A stretch of DNA of 64,000 bases from assembly GCA_963806225.1 (NCBI GenBank), contig CAWDXG010000001.1, positions 2,006,264 through 2,070,263 on the forward strand, given 5' to 3'. Below, in pieces: positions 44,615 through 55,443 of the stretch (position 1 is its first letter; every line of letters begins with the position of its first letter). Below the pieces are notes generated by a model that saw only the letters and a list, made by a program, of their open reading frames with translations, ran no database searches and had not been told where the DNA came from. This DNA comes from an uncultured delta proteobacterium. Its GTDB lineage: Bacteria; Myxococcota_A; Polyangia; Polyangiales; Polyangiaceae. The position numbers and the translations under genes are program-made.

Positions 44615-44699
44615 CGCTTCTCCGTCCGGTCCTTGTGGTCCAGGGCAGGGGACTCTACATCCCGACGACCTACGCCGCGAGCCGTGCCGCCGCTTGATA

Positions 44700-44866
<167 letters not shown>

Positions 44867-44874
44867 CGGGTGGC

Positions 44875-46143
44875 CTATCCCGGTAGCAGCTCCGTACAGC
44901 TTCGCGCGCGCTCGATGAGCGCGCTCGACAGCGCTTCGACGACCGGGTGCACGAGGCCAGCCTCGCGTACCTGGCCGAGCACGTCGTTCGCGACATCGGG
45001 AAGTGACGCCGCCTGGTTCCGTGCAGCCGCGAGGATCCGCCCTTTATCGATGCCAATCTCCGCGGCGAGCTTGTCCCACTCGTGTCGCCCGATGTCGCGT
45101 AGCCGGTACTTGCCGCCGACCTTCATCGCGAGCTTCAGCTTCTGGGGCGCCATGTCCGGGTACGGCAGGGCGCTGGCCATGTCGTAGAGCGGGGCCAGCC
45201 GCACGTGTCCTCCGGCGCCGAGGAGCAGCGAGTAGTTCTTGGCGTGGGCGTCCGTGCCCGCGATCAGCCAGTTGAACACGAGCGCGCCGACGAACGTGTC
45301 GATGTCCTCATCCACGCGCGAAGACACGTCGCGGAGCAGCTCGACGACGGTGCGAGCGCCAGGTCCGCCCTCGTTTTCGTACTTGCGCTCGGGGTGGATC
45401 GCCAGCGCCTGACACACGTCTTCCTGGTGCAGGCGGGTCACGCCGTCGGTCGTCATGACTCGATCGTATCGCTCCACGACGATGGCGATCTGATCCTCGA
45501 ACTCGCGGATGCGCGACGAGACGACAGGAAGCCCGAGCCCCCGCGCGACCTGTAGACAGAAGTGCTCGTTCTCCGCGGAGCCGTCCAGCTCCAGGATGTC
45601 CGGTTTCAGGATGTGCGTCGTCGGCGTTCGTCCCCGCGGCACGCCCCAGCGTGATCCGTCGAACCACAGCGCCGTCTTCGGCTGCGCACCCGCCAGGCTG
45701 AACTGTCCGGCATCGCTTTCGGCACGCCAGGCGGAAACGTCCGCGCGTAGCGACCTCAGTCGTGACGCGACATCCGCCTCGGACAGCCAGTCGATACCAC
45801 CCTGGTCACCCTGCCCATCGCGATCCGGAGCAAGGATGCGCACGGCTCCCGGGCAATCCTCGCCGACGTGGGCCAGCAGAGCGAACGCACTCCGCGCGGA
45901 AACGTGGAAACGGCGGCCCCAGCGCTCCAGGATACTGTCGTTGTCGGGAAGCAGACCCCACAAGTAGGGCTCGACAACCTTCGGCGGGTGGTGCCGGGCA
46001 GCGAGCGGCATCGACAGCGAGAGCGGAAGCGCATCGTTGCCCCCGCGCCACGCGTCGTCGTACTCGAACGCAGTCCTGCCTCGCGTGCGGAGCAGCCGAC
46101 CGATACGTCGGTTGCCGAGATGTACCAGAAGCTCGTCGGTCAC
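44875..46143 (-). CDS. hipA: HipA-family toxin kinase, copy 2
   Basis: Same motifs as copy 1; clearly paralogous but diverged. Confidence 0.95.
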   Translation of the reverse strand: MTDELLVHLGNRRIGRLLRTRGRTAFEYDDAWRGGNDALPLSLSMPLAARHHPPKVVEPYLWGLLPDNDSILERWGRRFHVSARSAFALLAHVGEDCPGAVRILAPDRDGQGDQGGIDWLSEADVASRLRSLRADVSAWRAESDAGQFSLAGAQPKTALWFDGSRWGVPRGRTPTTHILKPDILELDGSAENEHFCLQVARGLGLPVVSSRIREFEDQIAIVVERYDRVMTTDGVTRLHQEDVCQALAIHPERKYENEGGPGARTVVELLRDVSSRVDEDIDTFVGALVFNWLIAGTDAHAKNYSLLLGAGGHVRLAPLYDMASALPYPDMAPQKLKLAMKVGGKYRLRDIGRHEWDKLAAEIGIDKGRILAAARNQAASLPDVANDVLGQVREAGLVHPVVEALSSALIERARSCTELLPG

Positions 46144-46418
46144 CGCTTCGGCTTTCTCGACTGCTCGACGATGGCGTCGATATCCGGACCGCCGACGGCC
46201 GCAGGCTCTTCGTCCGCCATCAGCCGGATCCCGAGCGCACGCAGCGCTTTCAGGACGAGACCGAGCTCCGCCCGCGGCCTGCCGCGTTCGACCTGGCCAA
46301 CCCACAGGCGACTGACCCCGATGGCGTCGGCCAGGGCCTGCTGGCTGAGCCCACGCGCCCGGCGCCGATCACGGATCAGCGCTCCCACATCCCTGGCATT
46401 CCCGAGGATCAGACGCAT
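46140..46418 (-). CDS. hipB: HipB-like XRE antitoxin, copy 2
   Basis: GALIRDRRRARGLSQQALADAIGVSR. Confidence 0.93.
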   Translation of the reverse strand: MRLILGNARDVGALIRDRRRARGLSQQALADAIGVSRLWVGQVERGRPRAELGLVLKALRALGIRLMADEEPAAVGGPDIDAIVEQSRKPKR

Positions 46419-46489
46419 TGCATGCGTTCGCTTTCATGACGGATTGTAAGCGATCGCTAGCTTCATGCAAATGTATGCGTACGCTTTCA
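46419..46489 (-). promoter_or_regulatory. hipBA promoter with three 18-bp palindromic operators
   Basis: Boxes at 46419, 46445, 46472; minus strand reads TTGCAT-16 nt-TACAAT. Confidence 0.75.
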
Positions 46490-46629
46490 GGCGAGCCCGC
46501 ATGCAGGACGCGTCCACGCGAACGGCCCGCTCAGCTGGCCGCGCTGGCGCGTGGCGGACATCTGTCCTGGCCGCGGCGGTTCGGGGGATCGACGCGGGCG
46601 CGCTCCTCGCCGGTGCGGCGAGGCGAGCC

Positions 46630-47418
46630 TCATGCCTCTGCGACTCGCGGCAGCACGCCGCCGGGTCGGCCATAGTGCGCCACAGCATCGGCAACGTCCG
46701 CCGGATTGCCCACGAACCGTTCGAGCGACGGCGAGTAGTACAGGCACCCGATCTCGGAGGGAGGACGCGACTGGATGAACGCCTCGGCTTCGTCGAGAGC
46801 CGCCAGCCACTCGCGCTTCAGCCCGGGCAGGTCCGGCACTTCTTTCAGGTGCAGGCGCTCTAGATCCTCCGGCCGCAGCGTGCCCCGGCGGCGTAGCAGA
46901 TCGAGCAGCAGCGGCGGAGTGAACCCCGGATCCTTCCCGGCCGCGGCCCAGCACAGCGCCCCCAGCGGCAGCACGTGCCGATGCACGTCCATGATGTCGA
47001 GGAAGTCGCGCGGCTCGTTCCTGCCCACCAGCGCGAGGAGCTTGTTGATCGCGAGATCGATTGGATGGAGCTGGAACCCAGCCAGCTCGTGCTTCACGGT
47101 CGGAAGAAAGCGCCAGGCGCTGTCGTGCGCCCACTCGACCTTGGTGGCGTCCGTACCTTTGCGCACCAGTGCTCGCACGAAGCCCGGCTGCTGGAGCAGT
47201 ATCTCGATCTCGTAGCCGGCATCCGCGAGCGTGCCGCGATCCTCGGCAAACGCGCCTGCAACCCGCTCCTCCGAGTCGTGGAAGAAGTCCAGGTCGTTGC
47301 TGTAGCGCCTGGTGTGCGGCTCGAGATGCAGCGCGGCGCCGCCGGCCAGGTAGCTGTCCGGCGTGCGGTTCGCGCTGACGAGGCGCAACACTTCGGCCTG
47401 GAAGGGCGTCAGCGGCAC
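46630..47418 (-). CDS. AbiEii-like nucleotidyltransferase, putative toxin
   Basis: YLAGGAAL, RYSNDLDFF, NKLLALVGR.EPRDFLD. Confidence 0.8.
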   Translation of the reverse strand: MPLTPFQAEVLRLVSANRTPDSYLAGGAALHLEPHTRRYSNDLDFFHDSEERVAGAFAEDRGTLADAGYEIEILLQQPGFVRALVRKGTDATKVEWAHDSAWRFLPTVKHELAGFQLHPIDLAINKLLALVGRNEPRDFLDIMDVHRHVLPLGALCWAAAGKDPGFTPPLLLDLLRRRGTLRPEDLERLHLKEVPDLPGLKREWLAALDEAEAFIQSRPPSEIGCLYYSPSLERFVGNPADVADAVAHYGRPGGVLPRVAEA

Positions 47419-47678
47419 AGCTTTGCTCCCCGTTCCCAGCCTCTTCGCCCTCCGTAGCGCATCAGCCGCTCGGCGACCCACGGGACATCCGCCAAGGTGA
47501 CGCGATAGCCAGGGTCCTCCGACCAGAAGCACTGCGCGTGGAACTCCCGGAACGCGCGCTGTGCTTCGCGCACCCGGACCATGGCCCGCGCGCTTTCGGG
47601 ATCGAGTCGCCGCCGGCTCGCCCGCCCTCCGCGCCGGCCGATCTCGCTCAGGTAGTGTGCGACCCGCGGATCCATCAC
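47409..47678 (-). CDS. Small basic protein, putative partner antitoxin
   Basis: 89 aa, overlaps the nucleotidyltransferase start; EIGRRGG and CFWS motifs. Confidence 0.65.
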   Translation of the reverse strand: MMDPRVAHYLSEIGRRGGRASRRRLDPESARAMVRVREAQRAFREFHAQCFWSEDPGYRVTLADVPWVAERLMRYGGRRGWERGAKLCR

Positions 47679-47744
47679 GCCATATTACATAAGCCGCTTA
47701 CGATATAAATCAAGTTACATCAGCATGCTACGGGGCCATCCGCG

Positions 47745-47815
47745 GAGCGGGAGCGGGGACGGGAGCCGGGGCGGGAGCCGGGGCAGGAGCCGGAGCGGGG
47801 GCCGGAGCGGGGGCA
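47745..47815. repeat. GG(A/G)GC(C/G) hexamer tract upstream of the four-helix gene
   Basis: Read directly. Confidence 0.75.
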
Positions 47816-47908
47816 AGCGCGTGCCAGCTTGGCTGGCACTGGCGCTTGCACTTGATTTTGGGGCGGGCGCTCTTCGCGAGCCTCCTTCTGGGGTGAAGGA
47901 GGCTCGCT

Positions 47909-48256
47909 ATGCAATCACAGTCACTTCCGCCGTCACTTCCACATCATCGCCTGCAGGCGTGGCATCTGGCGTTGGAGCTGGTCTCGCTGGTGCAGCGCGT
48001 TCGCATCGGGGACGCGGAAGATCGCAAGCAGGCGCGGGCAGCGGCTGGGGCTTGCGCGCGCAACACGGCGGAGGGTGCGGGGCGCACTTCGCGGGCGGAC
48101 AAGGCGCGGGTGTACGGCATTGCTCGCGGCGAGTGCGGCGAGTGCGTGGCGTCGATCGAGATCGCGGGGGCGAAGGGGGCGTGCGCGGCGGCGGACGTGG
48201 CGGCGGTGGTGGCGCTCGGGAGCCGGCTGTCGGCGATGTTGTACCGGCTCACGTGA
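47909..48256 (+). CDS. Four-helix-bundle protein, copy 2
   Basis: HHRLQAW, QARAAAGACARNTAEGAGR, IARGECGEC; RBS AAGGAGG. Confidence 0.88.
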   Translation: MQSQSLPPSLPHHRLQAWHLALELVSLVQRVRIGDAEDRKQARAAAGACARNTAEGAGRTSRADKARVYGIARGECGECVASIEIAGAKGACAAADVAAVVALGSRLSAMLYRLT

Positions 48257-48320
48257 GGCTTCCGACGGTTGCCGATGCGCGTCGCTGGCACGCTGACGGC
48301 GGGACGACTACGATTGGGTC

Positions 48321-48653
48321 ATGCAGGCGTTCGAGGCTCGATTGCCGCCCCTTCGCACCGACCCGCATGGCGTAGTTCGCGTTGGCGATACGCGTGTGTC
48401 GTTGGAGTCCGTCGTGCTGGCATTCGACCGTGGCGCCTCAGCCGAGGAAATCGTGGAAAGCTTTCCTGCCCTCGACCTGCCGATGGTCTATGCGACGCTG
48501 GCGTACGTTCTCGTGGATCGGGCGGACGTCGACGACTACCTGCTCCGCCGCCGAGAAGAGCTGGAGCGTCTGCGGGCGGAAGCGGAGAAGCGTTTCCCAT
48601 CCGACGCGCTGCGCACGAAGCTGCTCGCTAGACGCCAGGGCGCCGAGCGGTGA
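48321..48653 (+). CDS. DUF433-family antitoxin, copy 2
   Basis: Intact 110-aa ORF, GVVRVGDTRVSL. Confidence 0.88.
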   Translation: MQAFEARLPPLRTDPHGVVRVGDTRVSLESVVLAFDRGASAEEIVESFPALDLPMVYATLAYVLVDRADVDDYLLRRREELERLRAEAEKRFPSDALRTKLLARRQGAER

Positions 48654-48920
48654 TCAAGTTCGTCGCCGACGAGGATCTGGACGGTCACATCGTCCGGAGC
48701 CTCCGGCGGCACCTGCCGCAACTCGACATCACGCGCGTGCAGGACGCCCACCTCCGCAGCGCTAGCGATGAGGACGTACTCGAGTGGGCGGCGCAGGCAA
48801 ACAGAATCGTCCTCTCTCACGATGCCTCGAGCATGACGGCATGGGCGTACCGTCGCATCGCCGCCGGCGGGCACTTGCCGGGCGTGATTATTGTGCCTCA
48901 GTGGCTGTCCATTGGTGAGG
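48650..48920 (+). pseudogene. DUF5615-family PIN-like toxin, copy 2, 3'-truncated (reads through to 49216)
   Basis: FVADEDL, ASDEDVLEWA, VLSHD; joins antisense HAL2 sequence at 48920/48921. Confidence 0.8.
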
Positions 48921-49301
48921 CGCTGCGCAGGAAGCCCTTGGTCCCGTCGATTGGATTCAGCGTCCAGAATCGCCGCCCGGGCGTTCCTGCGCCGCGATTG
49001 ATCCAGCCCAGCGTCTCTTCCGGCGTCGCACCACAGAGGTCGGCCACCCGGTCCAGAAGCGCCGAGTTCGCTTGTTCGCGGAGCTGGGCCGAGCCCTCCT
49101 CCGCGACCAGCGGGTCGTCGGCAAATGCCTCGGCGAGGGCGCGGGCTACGACGGCCTGGGCGGCGAAATCCGCAACAGTTACCGGGATTTTGATCGCTCT
49201 TGTCCAGGCCCCCTAAATCCAGGCTCGCGCTGCACCCCGGCGCACACCTGGCAGGCCCCGGCCGCCGCGGCTCGCGCCGCCTCCAGCTCTCGATCCAGCA
49301 T
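48921..49301 (-). pseudogene. 5' fragment of a second HAL2-type nucleotidase
   Basis: MLDRELE..PVTVADFAAQA..FWTLNPIDGTKGFLR, then truncated. Confidence 0.88.
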
Positions 49302-49305
49302 CTCA

Positions 49306-49456
49306 GGGTTGCTCCCCCGGGGCTACCCGTCGTTGGGGCGCCCGTCCGGCGCTTGCTCCGCTGCGCGCGGGCGGGGTCCCTCGAGCGCATGCTCGCCCGG
49401 CCGTCGCGGCGAGCGCTTCGACCGGCTCGCCGGGCTGCGCGTGCGCGAGAGGTCCC
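49306..49456 (-). repeat. Structured dispersed element, copy 4 (long-stem form)
   Basis: Aligns with 21682..21859: TGCTCCCCCG, CGCTGCGCGCG, GGGTCCCTC, TGCTCG-CCGGCCG, GCGCGAG(A)GGTCCC. Confidence 0.75.
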
Positions 49457-49597
49457 TGCGGTCATGATTGGAAACGTACCACCGAAAGCGGGGTGCAGGA
49501 CGCGTCCATGCGATAGGGAAAAGTCCGCCCCGCCAGAGAACGCGTAGCCGCTCCGGCCGAACGGTTTCGCCCCACCTCCAGCGGTAGAGGGTTTCGG

Positions 49598-49662
49598 CCG
49601 TCCGCCGGCGGCTTCGACGATCAGGCCGCCGGCGGCGACCAGCGCGTACTTCACCTGGCCGA
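49598..49662 (-). pseudogene. Short internal HAL2 fragment
   Basis: QVKYALVA joined directly to AGGLIVEAAGGR. Confidence 0.7.
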
Positions 49663-49737
49663 TGCGAGACGTTCCGCCACCCGAGCTGGGGTGGGGTCTT
49701 ATGAAACCCCACCACAGGCGAGCCATGCTGGTTGGAC

Positions 49738-50705
49738 TCATCCAATCGAGTCTCCGGAGGACCCGGGTCGGTTCGGCTCTGGCAACGCGATGCGTTCGAG
49801 AGTGCGTCGCACTCCCTCTTCGAGCCCGATGCAGGGCCGCCAGCCCGTTGCCTGCCGGAAGTGCGCAGGGTCGCCCACCATCCACATCGGCTCGCCTGGG
49901 CGCATCTGGCGGCGCCCGAGTCCCAGCAGGCTCGCTGGCTTGTCCATCAGCCGGGCCACGACCTCTGCCAGCTCCCGGACGCGGACCGGCGTGCCCGTAC
50001 AGACGTTGTACGCCGCATAGCTCTCGAGCTGGTCGCTGGTCGCGGCTTTCACGCACGCGTCGACCACGTCGTCGACGTAGGTGAAGTCCCGCGCCTGATC
50101 GCCGGCGGTCATCTCGGCCTGCTCGCCGCGTGCGAGGCGCGACGCCAGGTGCGGGATCAGACGATGGTCGCCTCGCCGGGGCCGTAGGTGCCGAACAGCC
50201 GAGCGTTACCATCGACACGCCGAGCTCGCGCGCCAGCGCCGTGCCGAACACATGCGCCGCCGCCTTGGCGCCGCCGTAGGCCGAGCTGCGGCTCCAGCGG
50301 GTGCTCTCCTTGAGCGAGTGCGGGCTCGTCGATGCGGCGCGTACTCGGAGCAGCTGCCGACGTGCAGAGCCGCGCGCGGCGCACCAGCGCTTGGGCGACG
50401 CCGAGCAGGCGGGCCAGCAGCGTCACGTTGCCCTCGACGAGCAGCTCCGGATCGCGGTCGGCCGGGCGCACGCCGTACGAGGCCAGGTTGAACACGACGT
50501 GTGCTCGGGCGCCTGGCCACGACGCTCGAGCTCGTCGAAGTCGACCAGCGTCACGCCGCCGCTGTCCGTCCAGCGCCGCGAGCCGCGCTCTCCGGTCGCA
50601 CCAGGCAGGTGACGCGCGTGCCTCGGCGACCAGCCGCCGCACCAGCGCGCGTCCCGATGAAGCCGGTGCCGCCGCTGACGACGATGCCGAGCCGAGCGCG
50701 GTCAT
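49738..50705 (-). CDS. NAD-dependent epimerase, possibly CDP-dideoxyhexose pathway (heavily frameshifted)
   Basis: VVSGGTGFIG, FNLASYGV, YGGAK, FGTYGPGE, QARDFTYVDDV. Confidence 0.8.
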
Positions 50706-51787
50706 GCGTCGCGCTTCTCGTACTCCTCAATCTGCCGGTCGAGCATGCTCGCGCTCCGAGCCGGGCGACTCGAGGTGCGCCCGGTACCACGCCGCCGTCA
50801 TGCCAGCGTCGCGTCGAGATCGAGGCGCGGCCGCCAGCCGAGCTCGGCGCGCGCCTTGCTGCAGTCGAGCGCGAGAAAGCGCGCCTCGTGCGGGCGCCGA
50901 GGCATCCGCGCGTGCCGCATCGACCGGCTTGCCCCTGCCGAGCGCGGCCACGAAGCGCTCCGACACCTCGCCCACGGTCGCGCACGCCTTCGGCGCGGGC
51001 CCGAAGTTGTAGCCCTCGGCGTAGCGTGCAGGCTCCTCGCACAGCGCGCTGGGCCAGCAGCAGGTAGCCGGACAGCGGCTCCAGCACGTGCTGCCAGGGG
51101 CGCGTCGACGCCGGGATTGCGGATCGTACCGCTTCGTCCGCTGCGTCGCGCCGCGCACGATGTCGGGCAGCAGCCGGTCCTCCGCCCAGTCGCCGCCGCC
51201 GATGACGTTGCCGGCGCGCGCGCTGGCGACGCCGGCGCCGCCGTCGTCGGCGAAGAACGAGCGCCGGTAGGCCGCCGTCACCAGCTCGGCGCAGCCCTTG
51301 CTGCAGCTGTAGGGGTCGGCGCCGCCCATCGCGCTCGTTCTCGCGGTAGCCCCACAGCCACTCGCGGTTCTCGTAGCACTTGTCGCTGGTGACGATCACG
51401 ACGGCGCGCACCGAGTCGGCGCGCGCGCACGCTTCGAGCAGGTGCACGGTGCCCATCACGTTGGTCGCGTAGGTCTCGACCGGATCGCGGTACGAACGCG
51501 CGCACCAGCGACTGCGCGGCCAGGTGGAACACGATCTCCGGCCGCGCTCGCGCGACGCCGCGCTGCAGCGCGTCGAGATCGCGGACGTCGCCGATGATCG
51601 ACGTGATGTCGCCGCCGAGCGCGCGCAGCTCGAACAGGCTCGGCGTCTGGTCGCGGCGCGAGCGCGAAGCCGCGTCACCTCGCGCCCATGCGCCGCGAGC
51701 CAGCGCGCCAGCCAGCCGCCCTTGAAGCCGGTGTGGCCCGGTCACGAAGACGCGACTTGCCCGCGTAGAAGCTCGCGCCGGACTCAC
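50702..51787 (-). CDS. rfbG: CDP-glucose 4,6-dehydratase (heavily frameshifted)
   Basis: HTGFKG, FHLAAQSLV, TSDKCYEN, DPYSCSK, RAGNVIGGGDW, RPWQHVLEPLSGYL. Confidence 0.9.
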
Positions 51788-52561
51788 CAGACCTTCCACG
51801 GAGCCTCGCCGCTCTCCCACAGCGCTTCGAGATGCTGCTTCTCGCGCAGCGTGTCCATCGGCTGCCAGAAGCCCGTCGTGCAGGTACGCCAGCAGCTGGC
51901 CGTCGTGCGCCAGCCGCTCGAGCGGCTCGCGCTCCAGCGACGGTCTCGTCGCCGCTCGATGTAGTCGAGCACCTTGCGGCTCGAACACGAAGAAGCCGCC
52001 GTTGATCCAGCCGCCATCCGCCTGCGGCTTCTCCTGAAGCTGGTGACCTGGTCGCCGTCCAGCACCAGCCCGCCGAAGCGCGCCGGGGGCTGCACGGCGG
52101 TGACGGTGGCCAGCTTGCCGTGCGCGCGGTGGAACGCGACCAGCGCGCGCGATGTCCACGTTCGCCGACCCCGTCGCCGTAGGTGACCATGAAGTGCTCG
52201 TCGCCGAGCTAGCGCGCAGCCGCGCGCAGGCGGCCGCCGGTCATGCGTGTGCAGCCCGGTGTCCACCACCGCGATGCGCCAGTCCGGCTCGGCGGTCGCT
52301 GGTGCACTTCATCGCTGCCGTCGGCAGGTCGACACGTCACGTCGGAGGTGTGCAGGAAGTAGTTCGTGGAAGTACTCCTTGATGACCTCGCCCTTGTAGC
52401 CGCAGGCAGATCACGAAATCGTTGAACGCCGTGTGCGGAGTAGATCTTCATGATGTGCCAGAGCATGGGGTGCCGCCGACCTCCACCATGGGCTTGGGCC
52501 GAACGTCCGTCCGCTCCGACAGTCGGCTGCCCAATCCTCCGGCCAATATCGCTAGCTGCAT
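51784..52561 (-). CDS. rfbF: Glucose-1-phosphate cytidylyltransferase (heavily frameshifted)
   Basis: [52 protein letters not shown]. Confidence 0.9.
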
Positions 52562-52782
52562 GCGGGCTCCTTCGGCGCGGAAGCTACCACAGGGGTGGAC
52601 TCGGGGAGGTCCTCGATTGTCCAGATGCCCATGATGTCGCTGACCAGGCTATCGGGTCGCGCGTATGGAGTTGTCGCGATCAAGCACTTCGGGCGCGGGG
52701 CGATGGTGGGCCGCCATCTTTCGCCGCTTTCATCGCAATGCGCCGCTTCGAGGGTGGATGGCGCCTTGCGGAGCTCCGCGGG

Positions 52783-53016
52783 TCAGAAGTCGGCGAAACA
52801 GCGCCGGAGGTTTTCGTGACAAGTCCGTCATGTGGCGGCCTGTGCGTTGCCAGCACGCGGCGGTTGGCGGCAAGCGTACGGCCCTTCGAGAAATCGAGCG
52901 AGCGGCCGTGCACGGCGGTCACTCGTCCGCCAGCCTCGCAGATCTTCTCTCCGTAGCCCGAGCGCGGGCGCGTCGGCAGGCGCCAGCATATTTCCGCGTC
53001 GCGGCGCGCGACCAGC
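52783..53016 (-). pseudogene. 3' fragment of a HAL2-type nucleotidase, cut by IS66
   Basis: LVARRDAEICWRLPTRP..EAGGRVTAVHGRSLDFSKGRTL. Confidence 0.85.
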
Positions 53017-53076
53017 GTATCCGTTCGGCCAACCGCGTTCCTGACGTAGCGCCGGCTCCGGCGTACGTCTTGTGGC

Positions 53077-53496
53077 ATGGCGCGAGACGGTCGTGATGCC
53101 TGGGCAAGGCGGGTCGAGGAGTGGAAGCGGAGCGGACTTACGGCGAAGCAGTTCGCAGCGCGGCATGACATCAAGCCGGAGACGCTGAAGTGGTGGAAGT
53201 GGAGGCTCGGTCGCGAGGCGGCGTCGAAGCACCCGAAGCCCACCCGGGCGAAGGCCAAGACGCTTGCGCGGAGGTCATCCCGCAGGCCGAGCAAGGCTCG
53301 TTCGCATCGCCGCGCTCGCGCGACAAGCGAAGCGCTTTCGCCGATCACCTTCGTGGAGATGTCGGCACCGGCGCGCGCAGCCGGCACCGAGCCACTTGAG
53401 ATCGTACTGCCGAGCGGCGTCCGGCTCCGTGTGCCGACGGACTTCGATGCGGTCGCGCTCGGTCGCCTGCTCGACGTGCTGGACGGGCGCGGATGA
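53077..53496 (+). CDS. tnpA: IS66 accessory protein TnpA
   Basis: W..RVEEWKRSGLT..QFA, FVEM, LEIVLPSGVRLRV. Confidence 0.9.
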   Translation: MARDGRDAWARRVEEWKRSGLTAKQFAARHDIKPETLKWWKWRLGREAASKHPKPTRAKAKTLARRSSRRPSKARSHRRARATSEALSPITFVEMSAPARAAGTEPLEIVLPSGVRLRVPTDFDAVALGRLLDVLDGRG

Positions 53497-53804
53497 TCCC
53501 GACCAGCGTCCGGATCTTCGTGTGCACCGAGCCGCAGGACATGCGGCGGTCGTTCGACGGGCTGGCTCTGGCGGTCAAGGAGCGGCTCGAGCTCGACCCG
53601 CAGAGCGGCGCGCTGTTCGTGTTCGTCAACAAGCGCGGCAATCGGCTGAAGGTGCTGTGGTTCGATCGCAACGGCTACTGCATCCTGTACAAGCGGCTGC
53701 ACCGCGCGCGCTTCGAGTTGCCAGCGGCCAGCGATCTGCATCGGCCGATCGCGTCGATCGATCCGCGCACGCTCGGCATCATCCTGCGCGGCGTCGAAAA
53801 GTGA
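53493..53804 (+). CDS. tnpB: IS66 accessory protein TnpB
   Basis: DMRRSFDGL, LFVFVNKR, KVLWFDRNG, YKRL. Confidence 0.95.
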   Translation: MIPTSVRIFVCTEPQDMRRSFDGLALAVKERLELDPQSGALFVFVNKRGNRLKVLWFDRNGYCILYKRLHRARFELPAASDLHRPIASIDPRTLGIILRGVEK

Positions 53805-53859
53805 TCCGCGTGATCGTTTCGCGTTGACAAGGGATCGCGCATCGATCTGAGAAAATCGC

Positions 53860-55443
53860 GTGAGCGAGGGCGAGTTCGAGCAACGCCTCGAAGCACTCGA
53901 GAAGCAGTTCCAGGCTGCAGAGCGCGAGCGGGACGAGTACCGCCGCCTCTACCTGGAGATGATGGAGCGCTGCCGCAAGCTGGAGCGCGGGCTGCTCGCG
54001 GCGCAAGTCCGAGCGACCTGCCGCCGAGCGAGACGCAGCTGTCCCTCGACGTGCTCGGCCATCTGCTGGGCGACCGCGAGCGCGCCGCGCTCGACGAAGC
54101 GCTCGTGGCTGCGAATGCCGAGCAGCCGGTGCGCGAGCACACCCGTCGCAAGCCGACCGGGCGCAAGCCGCATCCCGGAGCACCTGCCCCGTGTCGACAT
54201 CGAGGTCGTGCCGCCGGAAGTGCAGCGGGCGGGGCTCGATGCGTTCGTGCGCATCGGAGAAGAGGTCGCGGAAGTCGTCGAGCGGCGACCCGCCTCGCTC
54301 GTCGTCGCGCGCATCATCCGCCGCAAGTTCGTGCGCAAGGACCGCGACGACAGCGAGCCGACGGAAGTCCTCATCGGCGAGCCACCCGAGCTGCCGATCC
54401 CGAGCGGGCTCGCCGGCCCGGGCCTGCTCGCCGACACCATCGTCAAGCGCTGGCAGGACCACCTGCCGCTCAACCGCCTCGAAGGCGTGTACGCCCGCGA
54501 AGGCATCGAGCTGGCGCGCTCGACGATGTGCGGCTGGCACGCCGAGCTCGCCGAGCTAGCCAAGCCGCTGGTAGCGGCGATGCGGCGCGATGCGTTCGAG
54601 CAGCCCTACCTGTGCACCGACGCGACGGGCGTGCTGGTGCAGAGCCAGGAGAAGTGCCGCACCGGTCACTTCTGGGTGCTCGATAGCTCCCGAGCGGCAT
54701 GTGCTCTTCGAGTTCACGCCAGACCACTCGGGCGACGCTGTCGACGATGTGCTCGCAGGATACAAAGGCTACCTCGTTGCCGACGCACACGTCGTCTACG
54801 ATCACCTCTACGCGAGCGGCGAGGTCGTCGAGGTCAACTGCTGGGCGCATGCCCGCCGCTACTTCTTCAAGGCGCTCGCGTCCGATCCCGAGCGCGCGAA
54901 GGTCGCGCTCGGTTTCATCGGCGCGCTCTTCCGGATCGAGCGCACGCTCGCGGATGCGCCCCGCAAGAAGAAAGAGAGATCCGCCAGAAACGTTCCCGAC
55001 CCATCGTCGACAGCTTCTTTTCCTGGTGCGACGCAGAGGCCGACTCCGTGCTCGACGACACGCCGATCTCCGACGGCATCCGCTACGCGCGTAACCAGCG
55101 CGAAGGCCTGAGCCGGTTCATCGACGACGGTCGGCTGCCCATCCACAACAACTGGAGCGAGCTTCAGCTACGCCGCCAAGCGGTGGGCCGGAAGAACTGG
55201 CTCTTCGTCGGCAACGATGACGCCGGCACCGTGAACGCTACATTCACGTCGCTGCTCGCGAGCTGCCAGATGCACCGGATCGAGCCCTGGACGTACCTGC
55301 GCGACGTTCTGTGCCTGCTGCCGGCCTGGCCGGCGCACGACCTCCTCGCTCTCGCGCCCGTCGAATGGTCCGCCACAAGCGAGCGCGACGACGTGCGGAA
55401 ACTGCTCGAACACAATCCGTTCCGAGACCTGACCAGCGGCTGA
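53860..55443 (+). CDS. tnpC: IS66 transposase TnpC (indels)
   Basis: PEHLPR, DHLPLNR, TDATG, CWAHARRYF, IHNNWSE, GRKNWLF. Confidence 0.93.
   Translation: MSEGEFEQRLEALEKQFQAAERERDEYRRLYLEMMERCRKLERGLLAAQVRATCRRARRSCPSTCSAICWATASAPRSTKRSWLRMPSSRCASTPVASRPGASRIPEHLPRVDIEVVPPEVQRAGLDAFVRIGEEVAEVVERRPASLVVARIIRRKFVRKDRDDSEPTEVLIGEPPELPIPSGLAGPGLLADTIVKRWQDHLPLNRLEGVYAREGIELARSTMCGWHAELAELAKPLVAAMRRDAFEQPYLCTDATGVLVQSQEKCRTGHFWVLDSSRAACALRVHARPLGRRCRRCARRIQRLPRCRRTRRLRSPLRERRGRRGQLLGACPPLLLQGARVRSRAREGRARFHRRALPDRAHARGCAPQEEREIRQKRSRPIVDSFFSWCDAEADSVLDDTPISDGIRYARNQREGLSRFIDDGRLPIHNNWSELQLRRQAVGRKNWLFVGNDDAGTVNATFTSLLASCQMHRIEPWTYLRDVLCLLPAWPAHDLLALAPVEWSATSERDDVRKLLEHNPFRDLTSG

Noticed and set aside
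47813..47850. Divergent sigma-54 promoters
   Set aside because: Both TGGCAC..TTGC arms miss the required GG-N10-GC spacing by one base (N9 and N11).
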